A stretch of DNA of 57,267 nucleotides from Candidatus Berkelbacteria bacterium (GCA_024654065.1 JANLIQ010000056.1:1-57267), one strand, 5' to 3'; counted from the first letter of the stretch, positions 1 to 9,586 are shown. A program made the numbers and translations. The notes: generated by a model not told the origin, from the sequence alone.

Positions 1-1
1 C

Positions 2-355
2 AAGAATCTTAAAACAGTGGTTTTAGGCGCCGGGAAGTTAGTTGGTGGTCCGCTAGCAAAAGTATTTGCCCGCAATAATTGGCCGCTGACGGTTATCGCC
101 AAGCAAGCCCGCTCTCAAGCCGCAACGATTCGGGAACACGACTTGTTAATTTCGGCCACCGGCGTTCGCAGTCTAGTCGATCCAGAAATGGTCCATCAAG
201 AAATGATTGTGGTTGATGGCTCAGGCCTGGACGTTGACGTTAAGACTATTGAGCCCCTAGTTAAGTTGATTACACCCACCAAAGGGGCGATCGGCCCACT
301 AACAGTTAGCTTCCTTTTCGAGAACTTGCTCACGTCCACCAAGCAGCGAGTTTAA
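2..355 (+). CDS. folD: Bifunctional methylenetetrahydrofolate dehydrogenase/cyclohydrolase, C-terminal part (5' truncated by window edge)
   Basis: VLGAGKLVGGPLA (GRSxxVGxPLA-like), DLLISATG, ITPTKGAIGPLTV (ITPVPGGVGPMT-like); frame is open back to the window start. Confidence 0.8.
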   Translation, partial: KNLKTVVLGAGKLVGGPLAKVFARNNWPLTVIAKQARSQAATIREHDLLISATGVRSLVDPEMVHQEMIVVDGSGLDVDVKTIEPLVKLITPTKGAIGPLTVSFLFENLLTSTKQRV

Positions 356-381
356 TCTGCAACTGTTTCGCGGCTTTGCGT

Positions 382-2118
382 TTATTTAATACTAAAAACG
401 TTGCCAAGCTCGGTTAGCTTCACTGTCTTTTGCTCAACTTCGCCGCGAGAGCGCACGGTGACAGTTTTATCGGCCACTTCTTTTTCCCCAACAATCAAGA
501 CAAACGGCACTTTTTGATTTTCGGCGTTCCGAATCCGTTTACCGAGAGTTTCTGATGCGTCGTCGAGCTCAAAACGAACCCCTAGATTCGCTAGTTCAGT
601 TGCCACGGCCTGACCGTAATCTATAAACTTTTCGCTAATCGGTAGTATTTTAGCTTGGACGGGCGCCAACCAAAGAGGGAAATCCCCAGCATAGTGCTCG
701 ATCAGAACCGACAAGAATCGTTCGATCGAACCCATAATGGCGGCGTGGATCATAATCACTTGCTCCTCTTTGCCTTCGCTGTTGATAAAGTTCAGATCAA
801 ATCTTTCAGGCAAATTCATGTCCAGCTGAATGGTGGCTAACTGCCATTGGCGGTTGAGGGAATCGCGGGCCATAAAATCAACTTTCGGGCCGTAAAAAGC
901 CGCTTCGCCAGGCGAAACTACGTAATTAGCATTTTTTTGTTTGGCTAGCTGCTCCAATTCGGCCTCGGCTTTCTGCCAAACGCGGGCTTCCCCCAAATAT
1001 TTATCTGGTTGGTTTGGGTCGCGGAAAGATAAATGAACCGATAGATCTTTAAACCCAACCTTGGCGTAAAGCTCGCTAACGATATCCCAAACGGCGAGAA
1101 GCTCGTCTTTGACCTGATCTGGTCGACAGAAAACATGAGCATCGTCTTGGGTGATTGAACGAACCCGCGACAAACCAGCTAGTTCTCCGGTCTGTTCGTC
1201 GCGATAAACCATCGTGGTGTTGGCGTAGCGTTGTGGCAGTTCGCGGTAGCTCCAAGATTTACGGGCGAATATTTGCGTGTGGTGCGGGCAGTTCATCGGC
1301 TTGAGGACGAAAGTGTGGCCTTCACGAGTTTCAATTTTCATTAGATCCTCCTGAAACTTGTCCCAATGACCGGATTTTTTATATAGATCGCTTTTGGCAA
1401 TATGGGGGATTTCTACTTTTTGATAGCCCTTTTTGACTCGCAACGACCAGACATAATCGTCTAAAGTCTGGCGTAAAATATTGCCTTTAGGCGTCCAGAG
1501 TGGCAAGCCGGCACCGACTAGCTCAGAGAACAGGAATAGATCGAGCTGTGGCCCAAGCTTTTTGTGGTCGCGTTTTTTGGCTTCTTCTAACTGCGCTAAG
1601 TGAGCATCAAGTTCTTTTTTGGAGCCAAACGCCGTACCGTAGACTCGAGTCAACATCGCCTTTTTTTCGTCACCGCGCCAGTAAGCTCCAGCTACACTAA
1701 GCAGCTTGAAGGCTTTCACTTCCCCAGTTGAGCTGACATGTGGCCCCTTGCAGAGATCGCTAAACCAATCAATTGTGTAGAATCCAAGCTTTTCGTCCTC
1801 AATACCTTCTACCAACTCCACCTTATACGGCTGGTCTTCTTTTTCGATCCTAGTTAACCCTTCTTTATGACTAAGCATTTCGTGTTTCACGGCTAAATTT
1901 GCCTGGATTATTTTAGACATCGACTTTTCCAGAGTTCCTAGATCGTCTTCTGTTAGTGGCTTAGAAAACTCAAAATCGTAATAAAAGCCATTTTCAATTG
2001 GTGGGCCAATCGCAAATTTTACCTCTGGATCAAACTCATGAGCCGCCATCGCCAAAATATGCGAAGCAGTGTGACGGATCTTGTAAAGTTGGGAATCTTC
2101 GTATTCTTCGTTTTTCAT
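382..2118 (-). CDS. thrS: Threonine--tRNA ligase (short form lacking the N-terminal TGS domain)
   Basis: RHTASH, DLCKGPH, RDHKKLG, KPMNCP, GEAAFYGPK, GSIERF motifs. Confidence 0.98.
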   Translation of the reverse strand: MKNEEYEDSQLYKIRHTASHILAMAAHEFDPEVKFAIGPPIENGFYYDFEFSKPLTEDDLGTLEKSMSKIIQANLAVKHEMLSHKEGLTRIEKEDQPYKVELVEGIEDEKLGFYTIDWFSDLCKGPHVSSTGEVKAFKLLSVAGAYWRGDEKKAMLTRVYGTAFGSKKELDAHLAQLEEAKKRDHKKLGPQLDLFLFSELVGAGLPLWTPKGNILRQTLDDYVWSLRVKKGYQKVEIPHIAKSDLYKKSGHWDKFQEDLMKIETREGHTFVLKPMNCPHHTQIFARKSWSYRELPQRYANTTMVYRDEQTGELAGLSRVRSITQDDAHVFCRPDQVKDELLAVWDIVSELYAKVGFKDLSVHLSFRDPNQPDKYLGEARVWQKAEAELEQLAKQKNANYVVSPGEAAFYGPKVDFMARDSLNRQWQLATIQLDMNLPERFDLNFINSEGKEEQVIMIHAAIMGSIERFLSVLIEHYAGDFPLWLAPVQAKILPISEKFIDYGQAVATELANLGVRFELDDASETLGKRIRNAENQKVPFVLIVGEKEVADKTVTVRSRGEVEQKTVKLTELGNVFSIK

Positions 2119-2280
2119 ATCTCCAAGAATTGTAACGGATTATTGACCAGACCCCAACCCTACCCGTACCGCCAACAACCGCAATCAAGCTAACTACTAC
2201 AACCCCTAGCCAACTGTGGTGTGGGTAAACATCTTGACTTCACTTTAAATTATCAGGTAAGGACGCTAAACTTGAAAAAG

Positions 2281-3342
2281 ATGTTCTTTTCCGCAAGCAA
2301 AGATAAACCGTCCAACCTGACTAGCGAGGAAGAAGCAATCCTTCGTTCAATTGTTGTTGCATCAGAGAACAATCCTAACCATCCCGAATTTCCTCCAGGT
2401 AACCCAAGATTTCCAGCAACCCCAACGTATAAAATTGTAGTACCTGGTTTTACTAATGTCTGGCTCAAAGACGAAAGCGTCAACCCGACTGGCACTCACA
2501 AAGATCGATTAGCCTGGGAGATTATAGTCACATATAAATATTTCATTGAAGCAAAGAAACGCGGTCAAACCACTGGTGCGCTACCTCATATGTCAATTAT
2601 CTCCTCTGGCTCAGCGGCAATGGCCGTCCAATCCATGCTGCGCCGTTACAGGCTGCCAGATTTAAAAGTGTTAGTAGACATCCACATAGGCTCCGATACG
2701 GTTGCAGGACTTAGACAGATTGGTTGCGAAATTCATCGGGCTGACTTAAGCCGGCGCTTACTTAGTTGGAAAGATATCCTAAAGCTGACATTTAATCGAA
2801 ATGGTTTTGATATTACTTCGTCGGTTGCCCTTGACCCAACAACTCGGTTTTACGACTGGCTAAGTTACGAGATTATCAATACAAACCCATCGTTTTGTTT
2901 TATCCCATTCGGCACAGGAAACCTCTATGAGAACGTTCTTAACGTTGCTAAGAAAGAGATTTCCTCACGTTCAGGTTACGATCCACGATTCAAGGGTGAC
3001 ATCAGGCTGTTGAGTGAGTGCAATTTTATGGGGGCTACCACCAACAATCCTAGCTCCAAATTGGCGGAAAAACTCTACGCTCCGCACCTGCCATTTGCAG
3101 ACTATAATGAACAATGGATAAGGCTATATCGACAAGCGGGATACTGTGGGCCGTTGTCTGATGTTCGCGTAGTAAAGGAACTGTTTGTTGATGAAGCTAT
3201 GAAACTTGCTGCCAATCAAGGCATCAACTGTGAGCCATCGGCAACTGCTGGATTGGCTCTGATGCTACAGCTTAAAGATTCGTTACCGCGCGATAAAAAA
3301 ATGCTGATTGTTAATACCGGTAAGTCTCATCTGCCGAAATAA
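2281..3342 (+). CDS. PLP-dependent fold-type II enzyme (threonine synthase/cysteine synthase/dehydratase-like)
   Basis: WLKDESVNPTGTHKDR (PLP lysine), SSGSAA, PFGTGNL, CEPSATAGLA, VNTG; ATG 2281 preferred over GTG 2221. Confidence 0.75.
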   Translation: MFFSASKDKPSNLTSEEEAILRSIVVASENNPNHPEFPPGNPRFPATPTYKIVVPGFTNVWLKDESVNPTGTHKDRLAWEIIVTYKYFIEAKKRGQTTGALPHMSIISSGSAAMAVQSMLRRYRLPDLKVLVDIHIGSDTVAGLRQIGCEIHRADLSRRLLSWKDILKLTFNRNGFDITSSVALDPTTRFYDWLSYEIINTNPSFCFIPFGTGNLYENVLNVAKKEISSRSGYDPRFKGDIRLLSECNFMGATTNNPSSKLAEKLYAPHLPFADYNEQWIRLYRQAGYCGPLSDVRVVKELFVDEAMKLAANQGINCEPSATAGLALMLQLKDSLPRDKKMLIVNTGKSHLPK

Positions 3343-3367
3343 TTATAATTTCAGGTAGAACAATGCT

Positions 3368-3814
3368 ATGAAATCTATTGCTTCCAACAAAAAGGCGTAT
3401 TTCGACTACTCAATTACAGACGACGTGGAAGCCGGGCTAGTTTTGACGGGCGAAGAAATCAAAGCCATTCGCGACAAACGAGTTAATATTAGCGGGAGCT
3501 ATGTCAAACCGTTCATCGCCGATGGCGCTAATGAGCTTTGGTGGGTGGGTAGTAATTTTAATATCGAGAATGGCGATCAATCACGGAGTAAGAAACTTTT
3601 GCTCCATAAGATAGAGATCGAACGGTTGACTGGTAAACTCTCGGCCAAAAACCTGACGATCGTACCGCTGGAATTATATTTATCTCGGGGTCGAGCTAAA
3701 CTCAAAATTGGCTTGGCCAGTCGCAAGCAAGTTCATGACAAACGGGAAACTCTCAAGAAACGAGACATCGAACGGGAAGTTGCTCGCCGTCTTAACGATC
3801 GAAGTAAAAAGTAA
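3368..3814 (+). CDS. smpB: SsrA-binding protein SmpB
   Basis: NKKAYFDY, EAGLVLTGEEIKAIR, KKLLLHKIEI, DKRETLKKRD. Confidence 0.97.
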   Translation: MKSIASNKKAYFDYSITDDVEAGLVLTGEEIKAIRDKRVNISGSYVKPFIADGANELWWVGSNFNIENGDQSRSKKLLLHKIEIERLTGKLSAKNLTIVPLELYLSRGRAKLKIGLASRKQVHDKRETLKKRDIEREVARRLNDRSKK

Positions 3815-3815
3815 C

Positions 3816-4694
3816 CTAAGGAGAGTCTGAACTGGTAGAGTCGTCGCTTACAGTTTCTTTTAGTAGGTCAATCTCGTCGCGGGCAGCCGATAGACTGCTC
3901 TTAGCTGCTTTAAGAGTGGTCTTGGCAGCGGCAAGGTCGGCTTTGTAAGTAGTAGCACCCGGGTTATTTGCGATCTTTTTGTACGCCGCGTAAGCAGACT
4001 GGGCTTTCGCCTTAGTGTCCGCTAAGAGTGCTTCAAGCTTGGTGGTGTCCAGTCCGTCAGCTTTGAGTCGCGTTACAATCGTCGCCAATTTCCCCTCCAC
4101 CAAGCCAACTATCTTGTCGGATATGCACATACCACGAACTGCTGGCAACACGGCGATATAAACATGGTTTTTGCCGATGATATCGTCACTGATCTTTGTT
4201 CTGATGCTATCGACGGTTTGGAGCGTAATCGCTTCGGCCTGATCTTTCTCCAACCGAGTAATGACAGCGTTGATTGCAGTAACTGCTTCAGCTTTCGCCG
4301 CGGCACGACAGTTTTTGGTGTGCTCACCTGACTGTAACTTTTTCAATACCTCTAATCGACCCTCAGCTAATTCTTTAGCTAGCTCCCGAGATTTTTCAAG
4401 TTTTTTATCTTCTTTGGCTGTTTTAGCTTCTTCTAAAAGTTTTTTATAGTTCTCGCGCGATGTTGAACGTTCGGTCTTAGCCTTTTCCCGAAGCTCCTCT
4501 GCTGCTTTAATCTTTATTTCCCGCTGTTTCTTGGCTTTTTCCAACAAAGCTTCTTGGGCTTTCTTTTGTTCTTCTGACTGTTCGTTCGAACCAGAACTTG
4601 AATTCCCATCCTCCGCACTCACGTAGACCATGGGCGTCACCAACAAATTACCCACAATAAGAAAACTTAAACCAAATAATCCCAGTTTTTTCAT
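3816..4694 (-). CDS. Secreted alpha-helical/coiled-coil hypothetical protein
   Basis: Signal peptide MKKLGLFGLSFLIVG...VSA followed by K/E/A-rich helices. Confidence 0.75.
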   Translation of the reverse strand: MKKLGLFGLSFLIVGNLLVTPMVYVSAEDGNSSSGSNEQSEEQKKAQEALLEKAKKQREIKIKAAEELREKAKTERSTSRENYKKLLEEAKTAKEDKKLEKSRELAKELAEGRLEVLKKLQSGEHTKNCRAAAKAEAVTAINAVITRLEKDQAEAITLQTVDSIRTKISDDIIGKNHVYIAVLPAVRGMCISDKIVGLVEGKLATIVTRLKADGLDTTKLEALLADTKAKAQSAYAAYKKIANNPGATTYKADLAAAKTTLKAAKSSLSAARDEIDLLKETVSDDSTSSDSP

Positions 4695-4695
4695 T

Positions 4696-4974
4696 TTAAA
4701 AATTAACTGTGTCATCTTCGGATCCTTCGTCAGCCTCTATTTCGCTTAAATCGTTGTCAATGTCGTCTAGTGCGGCAAGAATCTCAGTCTTGGCTTCGGT
4801 TATTGGACTGAGAGTATTGGTCGGCGCTGTCGTCGCCACCGGTTCAGGTGTTGCTGATTTGGAATTAAAGTAAACCCAGCTGATAGCACCTGTAATCAAC
4901 AGCAATGCTAGGACGGCAATAAAAATAGACAGCGCCGTCGAAGCAGGTTTTTCAGTCTTTGGTTCGGGGAACAT
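4696..4974 (-). CDS. Small single-pass membrane protein
   Basis: One TM helix, T/P linker, acidic C-terminus; abuts the next gene. Confidence 0.65.
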   Translation of the reverse strand: MFPEPKTEKPASTALSIFIAVLALLLITGAISWVYFNSKSATPEPVATTAPTNTLSPITEAKTEILAALDDIDNDLSEIEADEGSEDDTVNF

Positions 4975-5047
4975 AATAATATGTTGGCTTGTTGCTGAGG
5001 CCCTGTCAACATACAAGCCAACATATCTCAAGTCTAATGTCTGAAGT

Positions 5048-5419
5048 CTAAAGTTCGATTTTTTGTAATTTCCAGCTCAAGGTGTCTTCGTTTTTGGTTT
5101 GATAATCGCCGGCGCCAACCTCGGCTGGCTGCCCATTGATTTCAAATGCCCAAAAATGAGTGGCTGGCGCTTTGACCCCGTCAATCGATTGCACCATCTC
5201 ACCGAAACTAAATGATTGCGTTTCAACCTGGTGGCTAGATTTCAAAAGCTCTAAAGCGTTTTGACCTTCAACCCCCCGGTAACTAATCTCACATTTCTGC
5301 TCCAACTGCGCAATCTCGTTGATCGGGTTGCATAAATTACGATCAGGCACAATCAGCCACAAACCAAAGGCCAGAACCAATACTCCAATCACATAAATCC
5401 AATTCGGTCGTCGTTGCAT
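5048..5419 (-). CDS. Membrane-anchored DUF4430 / transcobalamin-like C-terminal domain protein (putative cobalamin-binding)
   Basis: N-terminal TM; GEMVQSIDG...FWAFEINGQPAEVGAGDY...DTLSW pattern typical of DUF4430; SD AAAGGAG; downstream of a cobalamin riboswitch. Confidence 0.8.
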   Translation of the reverse strand: MQRRPNWIYVIGVLVLAFGLWLIVPDRNLCNPINEIAQLEQKCEISYRGVEGQNALELLKSSHQVETQSFSFGEMVQSIDGVKAPATHFWAFEINGQPAEVGAGDYQTKNEDTLSWKLQKIEL

Positions 5420-5435
5420 AATGGTAGCTCCTTTC

Positions 5436-5479
5436 AAAAAACCCTCGCGAGCAGTCGAGGGATTAATATTTCTGCTCGG
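5436..5479 (-). terminator. Intrinsic terminator with competing antiterminator (riboswitch expression platform)
   Basis: Minus strand CCCTCG...CGAGGG followed by U6; upstream CGAGCAG can pair with CTGCTCG between the stem arms. Confidence 0.65.
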
Positions 5480-5484
5480 AAAAA

Positions 5485-5590
5485 TCGGGGTCGGGCTTTA
5501 ACCCTTCGACTAAGCTCAGGGCGAACCGTTGCGGCACAGCGACGGAATTCCACCGTCTTCACCAAAACATGTAACTTCGAGGTACTTGCT
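5485..5590 (-). promoter_or_regulatory. Cobalamin riboswitch (short class II / AdoCbl-variant-like); boundaries approximate
   Basis: Minus strand GTGAAGACGGTGGAATTCCGTCGCTGTGCCGCAACGGT...AAGCCCGA matches the cobalamin riboswitch core (GAA-nnn-GGTG-nAAnTCC, CnGTnCCGCAACGGT, AAGnCnGA). Confidence 0.8.
5502..5525. repeat. REP-like element CCCTTCGACTAAGCTCAGGGCGAA inside the riboswitch
   Basis: Resembles the widespread CCCTTCGAC-n-GCTCAGGG repeat; only one copy seen in this window. Confidence 0.5.
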
Positions 5591-5707
5591 ACTTGTACGG
5601 CGAATAATTACTACTGTCAACAATTGATCTATAGCCAGGAATGTGATAAGATTCGGGAAGCAAATTAGGGATCGGTTCCTTAATAATCGGGTTTCTGGAG
5701 AGATGAT

Positions 5708-6499
5708 ATGATGAGCTCACTATTAGCAATCGGTCTAGCTGTATTTGCGGCTGGCAATTATTCACCGTGGGAGGAATCAAAAATGGATGGACCTTCAGCC
5801 TTCTTGGCTATCCCACTTGCGAAGAATCTCAAACTCGAGATCTCGCAGGGCTGGGTCTACAGCGACGATGAGCGCAGTATCCATCCGAGTATCCCGACCC
5901 ACTTCGCTGTGGACTTTCCCTCCGCTTGGGGAACTCCAGTCTATGCCCCCGCTGACGGCGTCGCGCTTGCGAGCTATCACACCTACGACATGGTCGATTC
6001 TCAAGGCCGAACAATCGGCTACGGACTCGGTCTGTTCGTCGCCATCTGGCATGACAAGCAACGGCTCTACACCAGCTACAGCCATTTGAGCGGGGTCAAC
6101 GACAAGTTGGTCCCCTACATCCAGCCTTCGCTGGAAGGACTCAACTGGCAACCACGCCGAGCTCTATACGTCTCGATCGAGACGTTCAGAACGATGGCCA
6201 AGCCTGTCAAGCGCGGCGATCTGATCGGCTACGTCGGTTACTCGGGCCTACGGCTTGGTTATCCGGAAGTTCCGTCGAACCCACCGAAGATCGATCCGTT
6301 GGTCAACAAGACCTGGGATCCGCACGGGGCCCACCTTCACTGGGAGGTCTACACCCGCACGGCGGACGGTGGTAAGAAGGACGAACGCTACGATCCGTTT
6401 GGGATCAAGGGAGAGCGGGAGAAGTACGCCAATGTCTTCACAAAAGCCCAGGGGCTAATCCTGGCAAACCCCGACGGTTCGCCACAGTTCGCCAAATGA
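5708..6499 (+). CDS. M23 family metallopeptidase
   Basis: HFAVDF (HxxxD), [35 protein letters not shown]; alternative start ATG 5783 with GGAGG. Confidence 0.88.
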   Translation: MMSSLLAIGLAVFAAGNYSPWEESKMDGPSAFLAIPLAKNLKLEISQGWVYSDDERSIHPSIPTHFAVDFPSAWGTPVYAPADGVALASYHTYDMVDSQGRTIGYGLGLFVAIWHDKQRLYTSYSHLSGVNDKLVPYIQPSLEGLNWQPRRALYVSIETFRTMAKPVKRGDLIGYVGYSGLRLGYPEVPSNPPKIDPLVNKTWDPHGAHLHWEVYTRTADGGKKDERYDPFGIKGEREKYANVFTKAQGLILANPDGSPQFAK

Positions 6500-6518
6500 A
6501 AACCCCTTCTCGTCGTCA

Positions 6519-6554
6519 GAGGCGCGCACCGTTCGGTGTTGCGCCTCCTTTTTT
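6519..6554 (+). terminator. Rho-independent terminator after the M23 gene
   Basis: GAGGCGC...GCGCCTC stem followed by CTTTTTT. Confidence 0.75.
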
Positions 6555-6581
6555 ATACTCAAATAAGGTAAAATTACTCTG

Positions 6582-7640
6582 ATGGAAATCGGAATAGTTG
6601 GTTTACCAAACGTTGGTAAGTCGTCACTATTTAATGCATTAACCAAAGCGGGCGCGCAGGCGTCTAATTTTCCGTTCACAACAATCGAGCCAAACGTTGG
6701 TGTTGTCAGCGTACCGGATAAGCGATTGGAATTTCTAACCACAACTTTTAGCTCGGCCAAAACGGTACCGGCCACTATCAAATTCGTCGACATCGCTGGG
6801 TTAGTGAAGGGCGCTTCGCAGGGTGAGGGCCTGGGCAACAAGTTTTTGAGCCACATCCGTTCGGTAGACGCGATTGTCGAGGTTGTGCGGGTGTTTGACG
6901 ACCCTAATGTTATCCATGTTCACGGTGGCGTTGACCCTGACTCAGACATCAGCACTATCAACACCGAACTTTTATTAGCCGACTTAGAACAGGCAACCAA
7001 ATCCCTCGAAAGTTTAAATAAAAATAAATCTAAGGACCCCCATACCTTTGAAGGTATAAAATTACTAGAGAAAGCTATCGAATTATTTAACAACGATATT
7101 CCACTGCGAACAAAACCAGATCTGGTGCAGGAATTGAAAGAGTTTCAGTTTTTGAGTGCTAAGCCGCTGCTCTATGTTGCCAATACTAGTGAGGGATCAG
7201 CTGATATAACCGCTATAAAGAAGCATGCCGAAACTGAAGGGGCGGGGGTAATCGCGATTAACGTTAAGGCCGAAAACGAAATTGTTGAACTGCCTGAAGC
7301 CGAGCAAGTCGAGTTTCGGACCGAGCTAGGGCTGAAATCGGGTCTCGATGAAGTGATTAAAGCCGGTTATGAGCTGCTGGGATTAATAACTTTTCTGACT
7401 GCTGGGCCAGACGAATCTCGAGCTTGGACAATAACTAAAGGCACTAAAGCGCCGCAAGCGGCCGGTAAAATTCACACCGATTTTGAGCATGGTTTCATCC
7501 GCGCCCAGGTTTATGCGTTCGAAGACTTAAAAAAATACGGCTCGGAAAAAGCGATTCGTGATGCCGGCCGCCTGCGCAGCGAAGGCAAAGAATATACCGT
7601 CGCCGACGGTGATGTGGTCGAGTTCCTATTCAATGTATAA
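6582..7640 (+). CDS. ychF: Redox-regulated ATPase YchF
   Basis: [52 protein letters not shown]. Confidence 0.98.
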   Translation: MEIGIVGLPNVGKSSLFNALTKAGAQASNFPFTTIEPNVGVVSVPDKRLEFLTTTFSSAKTVPATIKFVDIAGLVKGASQGEGLGNKFLSHIRSVDAIVEVVRVFDDPNVIHVHGGVDPDSDISTINTELLLADLEQATKSLESLNKNKSKDPHTFEGIKLLEKAIELFNNDIPLRTKPDLVQELKEFQFLSAKPLLYVANTSEGSADITAIKKHAETEGAGVIAINVKAENEIVELPEAEQVEFRTELGLKSGLDEVIKAGYELLGLITFLTAGPDESRAWTITKGTKAPQAAGKIHTDFEHGFIRAQVYAFEDLKKYGSEKAIRDAGRLRSEGKEYTVADGDVVEFLFNV

Positions 7641-7652
7641 ATTATAACTACG

Positions 7653-8342
7653 ATGGATATAGCTCGTGCCTACCGTTCTTGCGAGGCGGCCCGAATCTCC
7701 GGCCTTGGCCAACCAGTTAACTCGTGGTCATCGTTGGCATTCTTTGGGCTAGCGACTACGTACTTAATAAGTTGGACTACTAGAACACAAAGATTTATCC
7801 AAAACTCGCGTCTTTATAGCTATCTATTCATCCTTGTTGTTGCGCTAATCGGTATTGGCTCTTTCTTGGCTCACGGTACCCTAACCGTATGGGGTGGAGC
7901 AGTTGATTTTGAGAGTATGTATTTGTTAGTGACACTGGCCATGCTACTTGGCCTAAATTGGTTTTATCCGATACCGCAGAAGCTACTACTGTTCATCTGG
8001 TTGGTAGTTAATGTACCGCTAACTTACATTGCCATTCAACCGGCTCGAATCACCGACTATACCTTCATGCTTCTGGTTTTTCTGGTGATAATAATTGAGT
8101 TAATTGCCTTGAATCGCCTTAAGCAGCTGGGTAATAGTTACTTTTGGCTATCAATACTTTCGCTTGCGGTTGGTTACGGTATTTGGCAACTTGATGTCAG
8201 GAAAATCTGGTGTAGCCCGTACGGCTTATGGCAAGGCCACGCCGTTTGGCATCTACTGACCGCCTTAGCTGCTTGCTTCTTGTATATCTATCTGGCCACT
8301 AAGCCCAACCCTAGAACTGCAGTAGGGCGTGATGATCTTTGA
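7653..8342 (+). CDS. Ceramidase/CREST-superfamily 7-TM membrane hydrolase
   Basis: CE...QPVNSWSSLAF, GIGSFLAH, WQLD...WC, QGHAVWHLLTA (SxxxH and HxxxH zinc motifs). Confidence 0.75.
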   Translation: MDIARAYRSCEAARISGLGQPVNSWSSLAFFGLATTYLISWTTRTQRFIQNSRLYSYLFILVVALIGIGSFLAHGTLTVWGGAVDFESMYLLVTLAMLLGLNWFYPIPQKLLLFIWLVVNVPLTYIAIQPARITDYTFMLLVFLVIIIELIALNRLKQLGNSYFWLSILSLAVGYGIWQLDVRKIWCSPYGLWQGHAVWHLLTALAACFLYIYLATKPNPRTAVGRDDL

Positions 8343-8988
8343 GCCACTTCTGGGCGTCTTTATGGTTAGGGACATAGCGTTCAACTAATTGCCAGAAATC
8401 TTTAGAGTGGTTCATGTGCGTAAGATGCGCCAACTCGTGATAAATTACATAATCTGACACCCAGTCCGGCGCCATAATCAGGCGCCAATTTAACGAAATT
8501 GTGTTGCGGCTGGAACAAGAGCCCCAACGAGTGCGTTGAGAACGAATCGAAACAGTTTTGACGGTACTGTCAACCAAGTCAGCCAGCAACGGTACTCTTT
8601 CTTTGAAGTGCTTGGCCGCCTGGGCTCGGTACCATTTTTCTAAAATTCGACGAACTTGGGCGTGATCTTCCCGCACCGCTGTAACGGTGAGAATTGAGTC
8701 GGTAATCTTCACCCCTTCTTTTTGAGGGCTAATACTCAAACGGAAATCATATTCCAAGCCACGAAAAAACAGCTTTTCCCGTTCCGCGACAAGAGCGTTC
8801 AACTTCTCAACTACAGATCCCTGCTTCTCCCTAATCCAATCCTCATGTTTGGCAACAAATTGGTTAATGACAAATCGCGGGGTAAACCGTGGGGCCGTAA
8901 CCACCACCGAGCCATTCGGCAAAACCCGAACACTAACCGAACGGCTTCTTGGGACAGTTTTAACTACGACCTTCAAGTCGCCCAACAT
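8311..8988 (-). CDS. YgjP/DUF45 (SprT-like, M48-type) zinc metalloprotease
   Basis: QRTRWGSCS, ISLNWRLIMAP, DYVIYHELAHLTHMNHSKDFW. Confidence 0.92.
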   Translation of the reverse strand: MLGDLKVVVKTVPRSRSVSVRVLPNGSVVVTAPRFTPRFVINQFVAKHEDWIREKQGSVVEKLNALVAEREKLFFRGLEYDFRLSISPQKEGVKITDSILTVTAVREDHAQVRRILEKWYRAQAAKHFKERVPLLADLVDSTVKTVSIRSQRTRWGSCSSRNTISLNWRLIMAPDWVSDYVIYHELAHLTHMNHSKDFWQLVERYVPNHKDAQKWLKDHHALLQF

Positions 8989-8998
8989 TAGATCTGTC

Positions 8999-9181
8999 CT
9001 AGTAACCAATTGTTGGCGTACCAGTGCCGGTATCGCGCATGAAGAAGTAATAAATTACGCCGTACACCACCACTGCGACAACAACATAAATTAGTAGCCA
9101 CTTTTTCCAGCCACCTTTTTGACCGTACCCGCCCGATGGCTGCTTAACTGTTTCGTTCCCATTCTCTTGTGTATTATCCAT
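8999..9181 (-). CDS. Small membrane protein with a C-terminal TM helix
   Basis: 60 aa; WKKWLLIYVVVAVVVYGVIYYFFMR. Confidence 0.7.
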   Translation of the reverse strand: MDNTQENGNETVKQPSGGYGQKGGWKKWLLIYVVVAVVVYGVIYYFFMRDTGTGTPTIGY

Positions 9182-9324
9182 TTATCCACACTTGCAGACA
9201 GTTCGATTTCTGTCAAACCAAATTGTCCGCTCACTTCGGATGTTTTTAAAATTCTTCAAAAACATCGCCTGTGCGGCCACCTTCAACTCTTTAATTCTAA
9301 AAAAATCAACCAAGTGTTCCGGAG

Positions 9325-9510
9325 CTACTTCATAAAGAAGTAGATTCCGTAAGCGACTACGGCCAAGACAACGATAACGAGCAACCATGTCATCCAGCTG
9401 CTTTTACCGGTGCTTGTGCTAGCTTCTGGCATTGCTGCAGGAGCAGCTGGAGCCGGAGCTACTGGAGCCGTTGTGGCTTCTTGTGGCTGACCAAGATTTG
9501 CGTCTTCCAT
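9325..9510 (-). CDS. Small tail-anchored membrane protein, similar to the neighbouring gene
   Basis: 61 aa from ATG 9510; A/P-rich linker then WMTWLLVIVVLAVVAYGIYFFMK. Confidence 0.7.
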   Translation of the reverse strand: MEDANLGQPQEATTAPVAPAPAAPAAMPEASTSTGKSSWMTWLLVIVVLAVVAYGIYFFMK

Positions 9511-9586
9511 AGTCCTAGCGTCCCAGACCGATTGTGATGTGTCAAACGGATGTATTATAAAAGTTCTAAAGTGGTACTGTTTAGCT

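Noticed and set aside
2119..2280. Possible T-box leader upstream of thrS
   Set aside because: No T-box consensus (AAnnnGGGTGGnACCGCG) or terminator found; a TACAAT box lies close to the start
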